64,000 nucleotides of DNA from Macrostomum lignano (GCA_002269645.1 NIVC01002451.1:62001-126000); one strand, 5' to 3'. Shown: positions 40,001-54,016, counted from the first letter of the stretch. The notes: a model not told the origin generated them from the letters alone. Translations and numbers: made by a program.

Positions 40001-43000
40001 GTCAGCAGAGCGATGGGACTTGGACAAGAGTACTACCAGGTGGGTTGTTTCAACTGTCTGACTAATTTGAGACTTTTAGCCCTGGGGTTCTTTATGTTCT
40101 GTGAGACTGTTTTGTATCCTGTCAATTTGGTTTTTGTCTGTCGGACTTGTTTTTAATCTGCCAGACTGGTTTACTAAAACGATTCTCACTTGCAATTCCG
40201 ATGCTGAACCGCAGGCGAATCTCAGCCCCAGCCTGAAACTTCCCGCGGCCTGGTGCGCCCCTGAATGCGTGAAGCGCCAGGTCTTCACTTCGGCCTCCGA
40301 CGTCTGGTCCTACGGCGTCCTCTTGTGGGAGATTTTCACCTACGGCTTCCAGCCGTGGGCCGGCCTCACCAAGCAGCAGATCCTGGCTGCGGTGGACGAG
40401 CCTCAACTCGGTCGACTGAACTGCCCGGATGCGTGTCCGGCCGAGCACTATGCCCTTATGCTGCGCTGCTGGTCTCCCGAGCCGTCAGCTCGGCCAAAGT
40501 TTGCCGAATTGGCTGCCCACCTACCGAAGATTATTCCAGAGCGAATGACGGCCCTGCGCGACTGCGTTGACGAGGACGAGGGTGAAGGCGACGACAACGG
40601 CGAGTCAGATGAAAGATTTTTGCACTTCTCTGCTGGCGACTGTGTTCTAGTGCTGGACAAGAAGGTCGGCGAAGGACTCTGGCGTGGCATTAGGCTGGCC
40701 GGCGGCGGGTCCGGACTCTTCCGGCCCTGGCTAATGAAGACGCAGGACCTGACGCAGTCTGCGGCAACGACCGATAGCGAAGGTAAGTTTGATCGTAGAC
40801 ACCAAAATCCTGTTAGAATGGCAATTTTTACGAAAGGTAAATACATGGAACAGCTTTAAAGATACCTGGGTAGCTGCAAGGTGGCTAGGTGGGGCAGACA
40901 AAGGTGCATCCAAAAGTTATTGTGAATCTTGTAAAATATGTTTTCTTGAATAGTGCTGACTATTTGCGATAAACTGGCGGAGACAGAGCACAAAGCATCA
41001 AAGCAAGGACGTTTCGGATTGGGGCATAAAATTAAATCTAATTTGGTTTGCCTTAAGTGGGATGGCTTCGTTAGGCTTTACTTTATTACTTTACTTTAGG
41101 ATTAACAAAATTGCTATCATTTAGCTCGGGCAAAATCGACTTTGAAAAATCGGAATCGTCGGCACAGCCACTCCGCTGCGACGTTGATATCCGATCCGCA
41201 ATCGTTCCGACACGTTGGACACGTCGGCATCAACGGGGCCGTGTTCGGCGACGTCGGATTGCTGGCTGAGTTCAACGAAGCAATGACGGCGGCGAACGCT
41301 TCTAGGGAAAGACGAAACGACGGAGCTACGTCGCCTGTAGACAATGGCGACGAGCTGCACTTGGGTAGGTGCTGAAGGGAATGCAACCATTTTTGATCTG
41401 TCGGTTGGTAGATTCCACTGCCTTCCCTAAACTCGTAAGTTGGTAAGAGTAACCCTCATCTAGGCAAATTTTGGGGAATTTATTAGTTAGCCTTCATTAT
41501 GATATGTCTTTTTATTATTTTACTCGTATGATCAAAAGGACAGATTCATCGTCTTGTCGCTTCCAGTCGTCCATACTAAACCAGCAAGGCCGTTTATAAT
41601 TTTTATAAGTTTATTCTACTACCCTATATAGCATATATACGCTCGTAGTATTGAATAATCGTATTTATATTTGAGCTACACTACGAGTATATGCACTATA
41701 ATATATTATCTATATAAAAAGTTCAGGTTTTTATTGTATAGAAGTACACGAAATCTGTATACATAAGATGTTATCGCTTGATAAATATCGGAAAACTTGC
41801 ATATTATACACCGATGTTTGTTGGAAACTTTTGGTGTAGCCATCCATGTTTTGGTTCAGTGTGGTTGCCTGCATTTAACAGTGTAGCAAGCGGCAATTTC
41901 CCCAACTCTCCCACTGATCCAGACCTGGGAAACTCACTACTGGACGAAATGTTAAACTACTGGCACACCGACTGCACCAAAGGCGAAGGCGACAGATCGA
42001 CGATCGACCCACTCGACGAGTGCCCAGGCGAAACGGATGCCGAAGCAGCAGCCGTCGACGTTCCTGAAGCGAGGCGACCTCGCGTCGACTCCAACGTGTC
42101 CAGCCTGGTCAGCTCTCTGGCCGACGAGGTTCCAGTCGCCGCAGGACCCGCTGGAAGCGCCAATGATCGTAGGAGGTGCTCGTCTTTACTAGCGATACCA
42201 TCGACCACGGGTCGACTTCACTTTCCTCAGCAGCAGCAGCAGCAGCAGCAGCAGCAAAAGCAACAACAGCAACAGTCTCCAGTGCAGAAGCAAACAAGCA
42301 ATACCGAAAATCAAGGCCAACAGCTGCAACAACAGCAGAAGAAGTACCTTCAACAGCAGCCATCAACTCTGAGGTCGCTGCGGCCGAAGGAGGCATTCCG
42401 AGCTCCACTGGGCGCTCGTCCGCCGCCAAAGCCAGTACGGCCGCTTGAGCCGAATGGCAGCCCGTGGGGCTCCGCGTTCAACGTCAGCCTTGATGCGCCC
42501 GGAGTCGCTGCCGCCAGGTGAGATATGGATGGGACGGGGGTGTCCATCGGGGACTGGCTCTTTGTTGGTTTCATTTGAATTCAAAACATATCAAAATTTG
42601 ACATGCCACTCTTTTTGTCTCCATGGTCACACTTATGCTGCTCGAAAAAAACACAATTGATTCCCAGACAACCAAGGAGTTTGAAATCAAATTAAAAGGT
42701 TGAGTTTATGTAACAGAGATATTTTTCATTCCTGTAACCCTCCACCCAAAGTGACGGCAGCGCACTAAATAGTACGCACTGGATGGCCCAAACCAAACTA
42801 TGATACGTGAGACTCGCATTCTAAAATTGCGCTTGTCTTGCTCAGCTTTGGAGTTTGTTACGCTCGTAGAGGTCACTACGGTGCCACTTAAAACGCATGC
42901 AGTCTTCTCTTTTGCTTGCTATCATTGTCCACACTCGCCCTTCGTGCTGCGAGCCTGCCTGCTCCCGGAGGTGAGCTCGAAATCTTCTTTGCTTGCTAAG

Positions 43001-43495
43001 CTCGCAGGTCAACCAGTTCGGTCGGTCTAATTCAAGTGTTCAGCTGAGTGGAGCTGCTCCAGTTCTCTATCTTCGGTCAGCTGGTCCATGGCGCTGAACT
43101 AAGCTTAAAAATTTTTTCACTTCTTATTAGATGCCATCGCTTCGAGACTTTAGCATTGCTTGTTTGAAAATATTTATACATTGAATTGAAAAGCTCTTGA
43201 ATCGAACAGCTAGTTGGTAGCTACTACTTAAGTAGTCATTCATGCTGGCTACATATTTTTTGCCTCCCATTTTAAACCTGCGGCTTCCTCTGTTCGTTCC
43301 AGCTCCACGCCGACCCAAGCGTGCACCGACGATGCATGGATGGAGAAGCCGCAGAATTGGAACGACTACGATACGGAGGTGAGACTCGCATTGCATGTAG
43401 CTACTTAGAGTAGCATCAGCTGCATTCTCTAAACTGCTCGTTCTCGTACTCAACTGTTCTTACCTTTCAGGGTGGAGAATACGACGAGATTGTGA
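37029..43495 (+). CDS. Ack-like: Ack-family non-receptor tyrosine kinase of the Ack-like/PR2 type (SAM-kinase-SH3-CRIB), about 785 aa
   Basis: Exons 37029-37502, 39549-39739, 39811-40039, 40215-40782, 41125-41364, 41887-42517 and a tentative 43471-43495 total 2358 nt in frame. SAM LYAFLADCELEHYY; HRDLTARN; LKLPAAWCAPE; SDVWSYG..TYGFQPW; SH3; CRIB ISDPQSFRHVGHVG. Confidence 0.88.
37620..39330 (-). mobile_element. Degenerate, internally deleted Ty3/Gypsy relic in kinase intron 1, antisense to the host gene
   Basis: Broken frames: gag-like WLAQFQLF..ISDQKRRRQLL, LNEH..PFTRYQFR, RESLDDWLRRL..LIAD*LITG..IRRRLLR; integrase zinc-binding-like ELWMLEGVVLRGSKIVV and NIVVSAAL..QGQFGQRKSIDRLQRKVWWLGM. 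RT absent. Confidence 0.65.
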
Positions 43496-45231
43496 ACTTG
43501 TGAACTTTTAATAGTTTCTTTCTAAACATACTGTTTTTTGCATCTCGATTGTTGTGTTGTGGCACATCGCTTATATTCGAGGACTCGGTCGATTTTTGAT
43601 TAATTAAAGCGTCTCTCTTCCTGATTCATTGCACTTTTACAATGCACTTTGTGCTAACATATTAAGTTTGATAAACTGATCGTCAAAAACACCAAGTAAC
43701 TCTAACTAACACTGCTAAAGCCGGGTTATCAAAACGAGCAATAAATCTTTTGTAACGCTTTTCTTATCGAATAAGTCAATTTTGATAACTGAATTCGATT
43801 ATTCTTTGTGAAAAAACCCGTGCAGCAATCCGACGTTGGCAAATGGGTACTTTTACATTACATCGACGTTTGACTGACGTGTAGCATCACGCCGGTGGAC
43901 GTCGGAGTATTGCACGGTGGAAGGACAACAGAACGCAGCGCTCTTGACAGACTAAAAAGACTGCTGCGTTTTAAACAAAACTATCTCTCTAAGAAGTTCC
44001 TTCACGTGGATAATCCATATTCCTTCTTCCACTGCTTTTATCAATCAGCAAAGCCCGTGAGGCTTCCCTCCGGGCTGGAGGCAGCGCAGGATTTGTTTAT
44101 TCAAGGTTGGTCGGCGGTGCGGCTTCGTTGCTCTGGCCAGCGCTGGGCCTGGAGCCGCCACTTCACTCGTCAATGAGGAGAGAATCTGAAAAAAAGCTGC
44201 TTACTCCTAGGCGAGGGAGCGACTGGATAAAGTGGGGGTTGATAGATCATTTCTGTTCGGTCGATGGGACCAGAGCGGGAGACAGCAGCGGAAATAGGCT
44301 TAGATTTGCTGGGGGGAATTGTAAAGATGAGGATGTGGGAAGTTTCCCGGAACAATAATAAGCTTCGGGCGCTGATTTCGGCTGGCTGAGAGTGGTTATG
44401 AGGAAAATGCGGTCCACGGGGAGGTTATTCCCCGTCAATCCACTGGGGAGCTGATGGAATTCTGAACTGAACAGAGGCATTTTGGTCTAAATATTTGACG
44501 CACATCCTGCCTAAACTACTGCAGTTGCACTTTAACTGGGATTGTAAAACAAGGAATTAACTCTCCACTTGAGTAATCATATTTTCTTGCAAAAAGCGAT
44601 AACGAAACATACATGTAGGACAAGATCATTTGAAACTCGGTTTCACAAGTTTGTCAACTTAGATTTGAAACAGATATTCTTCAGGATTCAATAAGGAAGT
44701 TATAAGTTCTGTTCGTCCCTGTATTTTAGTAATTAGTTGAAGACGTTTTTAACTTTGCTGCATGGATTAAACATGCCTCTATCGCTCTCCGCTTCATTTA
44801 GTTTGCTACGCTTCAGACCAACCAATCAGAATTCGCCAACATTGTGATTCGAGTATTGCAAAATTCCTCCATCCTTGATAGGAGCTTAGTGATAGATAGA
44901 CTAGTATTGGGTGGTTCGAGTCTCAGTGACTCTCGATACGTATCGTCTAGAATCCCTCCGGATCCTGATCTAGGCCTGGATTAACTGCATATCAGTTTAC
45001 GAACTATTGGAGACCGAATAGCCGAATTCTTTTAAAGCAAATCTCCAACTGATCTTCCATCGTCACACTTTTGGGAAGTTCGAGGTAGGCAGCATTGACC
45101 TAGAATTGCAGTACGAGTGTGATAGGAAAAATGCGGTGCTTTTTTTGTAGAAGTTTTGTTCCCATTATTGATTAATGAGCTATTATCTGATACGAGCTAA
45201 TTTGTGGCGTCGACATGAATCGCACGTCTCA

Positions 45232-46456
45232 GAACAGTTGCATCATCCTCCAATACCATTGAGAACCTCTCAACAGTTGCATCATCCTTCAGTACCACTG
45301 AGCACCTCTCAGAACAGTTGCATCATCCTTCAGTACCATTGAGAACCTCTCAGAACAGTTGCATCATCCTTCAGTACCATTGAGAACCTCTCAGAACAGT
45401 TGCATCATCCTTCAGTACCATTGAGAACCTCTCAGAACAGTTGCATCATCCTTCAGTACCATTGAGAACCTCCCAGAACAGTTGCATCATCCTTCAGTAC
45501 CATTAAGAACCTCTCAGAACAGTTGCATCATCCTTCAGTACCATTAAGAACCTCTCAGAACAGTTGCATCATCCTTCAGTACCATTGAGAACCTCTCAGA
45601 ACAGTTGCATCATCCTTCAGTACCATTGAGAACCTCTCAGAACAGTTGCATCATCCTTCAGTACCATTGAGAACCTCTCAGAACAGTTGCATCATCCTTC
45701 AGTACCATTGAGAACCTCTCAGAACAGTTGCATCATCCTTCAGTACCATTGAGAACCTCTCAGAACAGTTGCATCATCCTTCAGTACCATTGAGAACCTC
45801 CCAGAACAGTTGCATCATCCTTCAGTACCATTAGAACCTCTCAGAACAGTTGCATCATCCTTCAGTACCATTGAGAACCTCCAGAACAGTTGCATCATCC
45901 TTCAGTACCATTGAGAACCTCTCAGAACAGTTGCATCATCCTTCAGTACCATTGAGAACCTCTCAGAACAGTTGCATCATCCTTCAGTACCATTGAGAAC
46001 CTCTCAGAACAGTTGCATCATCCTTCAGTACCATTGAGAACCTCCCAGAACAGTTGCATCATCCTTCAGTACCATTGAGAACCTCTCATTGCATCATTCA
46101 GTACCATTGAGAACCTCTCAACAGTTGCATCATCCTTCAGTACCATTGAGAACTCTCAACAGTTGCATCATCCTTCAGTACCATTGAAACCTCACAGAAC
46201 AGTTGCATCATCCTTCAGTACCATTGAAACCTCTCAAACAGTTGCATCATCCTTCAGTACCATTGAAACCTCTCAACAGTTGCATCATCCTTCAATACCA
46301 TTGAGAACCTCTCAACAGTTGCATCATCCTTCATTACCATTGAGAACCTCTCAACAGTTGCATCATCCTCTAATACCATTGAGAACCTCTTAGAGAACAG
46401 TTGCATCATCCTTCAGTACCATTGAGAACCTCTCAGAACAGTTGCATCATCCTTCA
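45232..46456. repeat. Minisatellite, 41-bp unit CAGTTGCATCATCCTTCAGTACCATTGAGAACCTCTCAGAA
   Basis: About 30 tandem copies ending about 27 bp before the aquaporin ATG. Confidence 0.95.
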
Positions 46457-46482
46457 ATGTCAACGCGACAGTCGCTCAACTA

Positions 46483-49172
46483 ATGGGCGTCGTACAACGT
46501 CTCCGACGAGAAGTGTGCACCTTCCGGTTCTGGAAGGCGGTTCGCGCCGAATTCCTTGGCACCCTTCTGCTGGTGTACTTTGGCTGCGGCGCCACGCTGG
46601 CCGTAGCGCCATCCGCTCCCGGCTGCGAAGGCGGTGCAGGAGATCCGGCACTGACGGTGGCGCTAGCGTTCGGACTGGCGGTGGCAGTTATTACGCAATG
46701 CACAGGTGAGCGGTGTTGTACATCATTAGGACTCATGGAGTCATGAATGAATACAGGAAGCTACAATGCAGGGGTCGATTCCGTGCAACTCTCACTCATG
46801 AGGGCCAACCCGCAAGGCAAGAGAGAGTGTGCATGTACATGGCCATGAGAATTAAGTCAGGACCGCTGTACATCCCCCGTGAGTGCGTGCCTACGAGGGT
46901 TGTGTAAAGCTTTCCCAGTGCTTGTCAGCACAGAGCTGCTACGTTACAGAACTTCATGTAGCTTTTATAATCAATTTCAGTGTTAAAAGCTACGTTGATG
47001 AGATATCAAACTTCCATCGCAGTCCATGAATCCTGCTATTTACACAGAACTGTTAGTGGGTGAACTAAAATTTGAAAAGCTACGAGTTGGCTTGTTACTC
47101 CTACCGGAACCGATGGGCATCAAATCTATTTTCCAGGTCACGCTAGCGGCGCCCACTTGAACCCGGCTCTGTCGCTGGCTATGCTGGCCACGGGCCGCAT
47201 CAGTGCAGCCAGGGCGCTGTTCTACACCCTGGCTCAGATTGTCGGCGGTCTGAGCGGCTCCGGCCTGCTGATTGGCGTCGCTCGTCAGCGTTTGAGCTCG
47301 GCGGCAGCCACTGAGGCTTCCGTCAGCAATGAAACATCACCAGTTGCAGTCGGGCCGGTCTACTTTCTGCCTACGGTGGCGTCCGACACGCATCCAGGCC
47401 AGGCGTTCGGCGCCGAGTTCATGGCCACCTTTGTCTACGCGTTCGCCACCTTCGCCTGCATGGAGCCGCGTCGGCCTGTTGAGCTCGGCTGTCGATCCGT
47501 CATTGTTGGACTGGCCGTTGCTATGGGACACCTGGTGTCTGTGAGTACCGTGTGACATGCTGGACACCTGGTGTCTGTGAGTACCGTGTGACATGTTGGA
47601 CACCTGGTGTCTGTGAGTACCGTGTGACATGTTAGACATCTGGTGTCTGTGAGTACCGTGTGACATGCTGGACACCTGGTGTCTGTGAGTACCGTGTGAC
47701 ATGTTGGACACCTGGTGTCTGTGAGTACCGTGTGACATGTTAGACATCTGGTGTCTGTGAGTACCGTGTGATATATTGGGACACCTGGTGTCTGTGAGTA
47801 CCGTGTAACATATTGGACACCTGGTGTCTGTAAATTACGTGAAGGGATATGCTATAAAACATTAGGACACCTAGTTTTATAAGTTACCTATGCAGAGTGG
47901 CCCCGTAAGAAGTTGTCTTTAACATCTGAAGTCCTAAAACTTGATTTAACGCCTCAAAGTGCATGTTTTTCTGGTCAAAAAGCTCAAAGATGTATAGAGT
48001 GTGATACCCAGCTAGCGGCGGCTCATCCAAGGCCCAGCAGTATCGCTCGGCTCGCGCTAAAAAGAAACTTTTTTACCATCGAAAAAAGTTAATCATCTTC
48101 GTGCCGAGGGGATTGCGGGAAGGGGAAAGGCCTGAGGGAGGCTGCAGCCTGGGAGCGGAGCACGGCGCAACAGAATCTGGTCTCTTGCCACAGCCGGCCA
48201 GTTGGTTCGGAAATGAAGGAGGAGCCGCCGAGCTCGAGCCGCGGCACAAATTCCCGGATCGCTTCATCATCCGCCAATTTGGCCGAGAGAGGAGAGACTG
48301 GGCGAGGCCGGGAACGGATCAAGGAGACCTCAAACGAGGAATCTGGAACTAGCCAATCCAAACAGTCTGATCAGCCTACACACACGTATACAAAACGGAC
48401 AAATCATCAATTTTGTTCGGGCGAACGATGTTTTAAAAAATGTTTTAATTTCATCTTGCACTGAAAATCATGGGGATTCCGACAGACGGCTTGGCTGTAG
48501 AGTTTACAACTCCAGATTCCTCGTTCACGGTGTCCTTGGCGTAGGCTGGCCGCCAGCGGCAATCAAGGCAAATTTGGCGTCGCCAGAAGAGACGAGAAGA
48601 CCGGCCGGCGGCGAGTCAGGGGATAACGAACTCAAATCCATGCGATGGGAAAATAGCTGACGGGATCAACAGGCGCACGGACTGCAGCTTAGTACAATCT
48701 GTAGGGCCTGGATTTTGCGCACTCTGGACTGCTTAGACCTGCAATAACGGGGCATTTCACCGGGGCAGTCAACTGACGGACTCTCCAATATTGAAGATCG
48801 GAGTCCCTGAAACCTCACTAGTTTCCGCCTAAACCTCCGCCCTTTCCACAGCTGCCGCTCAGCGGGGCGGGCCTGAACCCGGTGCGCTGCCTCGGTCCCG
48901 CCCTCCTGACCGGCAGCTGGCGGCACCACTGGCTGTACTGGGCCGGGCCGCTGCTCGGCGGCCTGGCTGGCGGCCTCACCTGCGAGTACGCGCAGGATTC
49001 GCGCAGCGAGCTGCACTACCTGCGACGATCTCTGCTGCTGCGCGGCATTGGACGCGGCGGCGGCTTGCGGACCGGTGGTAACGGTGGCGGGGGCGGCGGC
49101 GGAGGCAGCGAGGGAGTCACGGAGTTCACGTTCACACCGTCGACTACGTTTGAAAATATTCGCTCTGGCTGA
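46483..49172 (+). CDS. AQP: Aquaporin (MIP family, classical water-channel type), 315 aa, 3 exons
   Basis: Exons 46483-46705, 47137-47540 and 48852-49172 total 948 nt. AEFLGTLLLVYFGCG, SGAHLNPA, AEFMATF, GAGLNPVR, HWLYWAGPLLGG. Confidence 0.95.
47526..47830 (+). repeat. 36-bp tandem repeat containing the end of aquaporin exon 2 and its 5' splice site
   Basis: Unit GGACACCTGGTGTCT|GTGAGTACCGTGTGACATG(C/T)T, about 8.5 copies. Confidence 0.95.
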
Positions 49173-49199
49173 GGTCTAGCTGAGACGGAATTGTTGAAC

Positions 49200-49680
49200 T
49201 GGGGTGTCAAACTTGAGGTATCAGATTTGGGGTGTCAAACTTGAGGTATCAGATTTGGGGTGTCAAACTTGAGGTATCAGATTTGGGGTGTCAAACTTGA
49301 GGTGTCAGACTGGGGTGTCAAACTTGAGGTATCAGATTTGGGGTGTCAAACTTGAGGTGTCAGACTGGGGTGTCAAACTTGAGGTATCAGATTTGGAGTG
49401 TCAAACTTGAGGTGTCAGATTTGGGGTGTCAAACTTGAGGTGTCAGATTTGGGGTGTCAAACTTGAGGTGTCAGATTTGGGGTGTCAAACTTGAGGTGTC
49501 AGATTGGGGTGTCAAACTTGAGGTATCAGATTTGGGGTGTCAAACTTGAGGTGTCAGATTTGGGGTGTCAAACTTGAGGTGTCAGATTTGGGGTGTCAAA
49601 CTTGAGGTATCAGATTTGGGTATCAAACTTAAGGTGTCAGATTTGGGGTGTCAAACTTGAGCTGGTGTCAGACTGGGATG
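49200..49680. repeat. Minisatellite, 28-bp unit GGGGTGTCAAACTTGAGGT(A/G)TCAGATTT
   Basis: Tandem copies starting about 28 bp after the aquaporin stop. Confidence 0.95.
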
Positions 49681-50267
49681 GGTTTTCTAGTCAGGTGATA
49701 TTAGACAGACTTGCAGGTCTTATGCTTAGCTGATCAAATATCAATGTTGTTTCACGTAAAAAAATGTTTGATTTTGACAAATAAATTTTTCTTGGACATT
49801 CGAGCACACTCAGTGAGTGGCTGCTCAGAAGCAGTGCGAGTTATATTCTACAGTATCTGCTAGTTTGCTTGGCAGTAGAGCATTATAAAAAACCATTATT
49901 TACCAATGCCCATCGCCATTTTATTGCTAATCCACCGAATAAATTTATTTATTAATGGCAGGAAAAACCAGCTAATGTTTCTAATTCGGCTTGAGCCAAC
50001 TTTGCCGCAATGCAATATTTCATAAATATGGTTTTGCATCCATTAGTCGGAAAAGTCGGAAATGTCCCGTTAGACTTGCATGATTTATTGCTTCGTATTG
50101 CAGTTTTAAGAGCATCTCTGGACACTCTGAACCCTTGGACTAAAATGGAACTTAAAAAGAGAAGAAATGTAAATATTATAATTTCGCTGTCTCAATAAAA
50201 GTACACAATTGTACTATAACATCAATAAGGTTTATTCTAGCCCAGCTAGTTAGTTAGTGTGGGACTA

Positions 50268-50843
50268 GTGACAAGTTCAGTGTGACAAGTTCAGTGTGAC
50301 AAGTTCAGTGTGACAGGTTCAGTGTGACAAGTTCAGTGTGAGAAGTTCAGTGTGACAAGTTCAGTGTGACAAGTTCAGTGTGACAAGTTCAGTGAGACAA
50401 GTTCAGTGTGACAAGTTCAGTGTGACAAGTTCAGTGTGAGAAGTTCAGTGTAACAAGTTCAGTGTGACAGGTTCAGTGTGACAAGTTCAGTGTGAGAAGT
50501 TCAGTGTGACCAGTTCAGTGTGACAAGTTCAGTGTGACAAGTTCAGTGTGACAAGTTCAGTGTGACCAGTTCAGTGTGACAAGTTCAGTGTGACCAGTTC
50601 AGTGTGACAAGTTCAGTGTTACAAGTTCAGTGTGACAGATTAAGTGAGACAAGTTCAGTGTGACAAGTTCAGTGTGACAAGTTCAGTGTGACAAGTTCAG
50701 TGTGACCAGTTCAGTGTGACAAGTTCAGAGAGACAAGTTCAGTGTGACAAGTTCAGTGTGACAAGTTCAGTGTGACAGATTCAGTGTGACAGGTTCAGTG
50801 AGACAAGTTCCGTGTGACAAGTTTAGTGGGACAAGTTCAGTGT
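50268..50843. repeat. Minisatellite, 14-bp unit TGTGACAAGTTCAG with scattered substitutions
   Basis: About 40 tandem copies. Confidence 0.95.
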
Positions 50844-51403
50844 GCAAGTCCAGCCGGATATTCTCTCTGGAGAATCAATTTCGAGAAATTTCATATTTTC
50901 TTCGTTTCCATCTCACTGCCAGTGCAGGATAGAATTCCTGCAAACCGCCTTGCTACAGTGTGCTCAATATAAGGTTCTCAAGTATGCCATTCATTCTCAG
51001 CTCACTACTTCAGCTCACCCTGCCTCCTCCTGACTCCTCCTGCAGAAGCAGAAGCAAGGCAGGACCCGTTAACCAGTATTACAGATCGATCCTGTGGCAG
51101 AATCTGATTTTATCTCTCCCCCACACCCAGTCTCCCCGCCTCCCCATCGCTGTCCCAACCCTTATCTCACTGATGGATGGGGATTTCCGTGATTAAATTA
51201 TCATCTACTCGGGATTGTGCCACCTTCAGCGCCTCTCCAATCTTGCCTGTCGCTCTCCTCCTATCTTCTTCTAATTTCTGCTTCTAGTGCCTCTGCTGCA
51301 GCGTCTGCTGCAACTTGGCTCATAAATCTTGCAACATGGCATAAGGCTATACATTTATTCATTTACTAATGTAAATGGGAGCACAATAAGTTTACTGTAG
51401 GAA

Positions 51404-52249
51404 CTTATCCCACCGAGCTTATCCCACCGAGCTTATCCCACCGAGCTTATCCCACCGAGCTTATCCCACCGAGCTTATCCCACCGAGCTTATCCCACCGA
51501 GCTTATCCCACCGAGCTTATCCCACCGAGCTTATCCCACCGAGCTTATCCCACCGAGCTTATCCCACCGAGCTTATCCCACCGAGCTTATCCCACCGAGC
51601 TTATCCCACCGAGCTTATCCCACCGAGCTTATCCCACCGAGCTTATCCCACCGAGCTTATCCCACCGAGCTTATCCCACCGAGCTTATCCCACCGAGCTT
51701 ATCCCACCGAGCTTATCCCACCGAGCTTATCCCACCGAGCTTATCCCACCGAGCTTATCCCACCGAGCTTATCCCACCGAGCTTATCCCACCGAGCTTAT
51801 CCCACCGAGCTTATCCCACCGAGCTTATCCCACCGAGCTTATCCCACCGAGCTTATCCCACCGAGCTTATCCCACCGAGCTTATCCCACCGAGCTTATCC
51901 CACCGAGCTTATCCCACCGAGCTTATCCCACCGAGCTTATCCCACCGAGCTTATCCCACCGAGCTTATCCCACCGAGCTTATCCCACCGAGCTTATCCCA
52001 CCGAGCTTATCCCACCGAGCTTATCCCACCGAGCTTATCCCACCGAGCTTATCCCACCGAGCTTATCCCACCGAGCTTATCCCACCGAGCTTATCCCACC
52101 GAGCTTATCCCACCGAGCTTATCCCACCGAGCTTATCCCACCGAGCTTATCCCACCGAGCTTATCCCACCGAGCTTATCCCACCGAGCTTATCCCACCGA
52201 GCTTATCCCACCGAGCTTATCCCACCGAGCTTATCCCACCGAGCTTATC
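51404..52249. repeat. Homogeneous minisatellite, 14-bp unit CTTATCCCACCGAG, about 60 copies
   Basis: No variant copies seen. Confidence 0.98.
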
Positions 52250-53010
52250 TTCTTCCACCGAAATGTTTTGTCCCATTGAATCATATCTTTTGTGTTTTCC
52301 TTGCATAACTGCATGTATTTGAGGTCGGATTTTACGAGTAAAACAATATGTTTTTACAGTATATTATGATATCATTTCTTAAGTTACTACTACTTGGACG
52401 CCAGTTTCAGGATAGTCAGTAGTACAGCCAGGTCGCGATTACTAAAACGTCAGGATTGACGAAATCCGAACTTTACTGATTTTTTTCCGCTAGAGCCCAG
52501 ATATGCAGGTAAAAACTATTGTAGAGAAGGACCTTCAACAGTCAGGAAGTTGAGACCTCGCCCGCCTCCATTTGCCTTTACTTATTCCTAGCATTACTCT
52601 GTCTGACACCCGCTAAAAGCCCCGTATCGCGTTTCTGTTTCTACTCATTTCCTGTCAACCATACAGCTGATGCAGGCACTCAACACTTCCCCATCAGCTA
52701 CGAGTATTTAGTGCTGCATTCCATTTGTGACACAGTTCGCTTTTCAATAGTTATCGATGTGGGCTCGGATTTATGGTGCAAACTGGAGCTGGTATTTTCT
52801 CAAAGGCTTAGAATTAAGCTGGATTAAGTGACTGGGGGTATTGGCTTTGGTGGATTAGCAACTGATACGCCTCTCGAGAGCTCAAGGTGTAAAACTTCTG
52901 AGGAGCTTGCAGCGCGCTTGGAACTTCAAAGATGTAATAAATTCGAGTTCAAGAGAACTTTAATGCCTCTCCTTTCCTGTCGTTTTTTATTAGCTATGAT
53001 TAGTCAATGG

Positions 53011-54016
<1,006 letters not shown>

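Noticed and set aside
44107-44480. GC-richer stretch with short ORFs on both strands downstream of the kinase
   Set aside because: No recognisable motif, termini or splice logic
48005-48570. Possible TIR element in aquaporin intron 2
   Set aside because: The GC-rich ends match only loosely and I found no TSD
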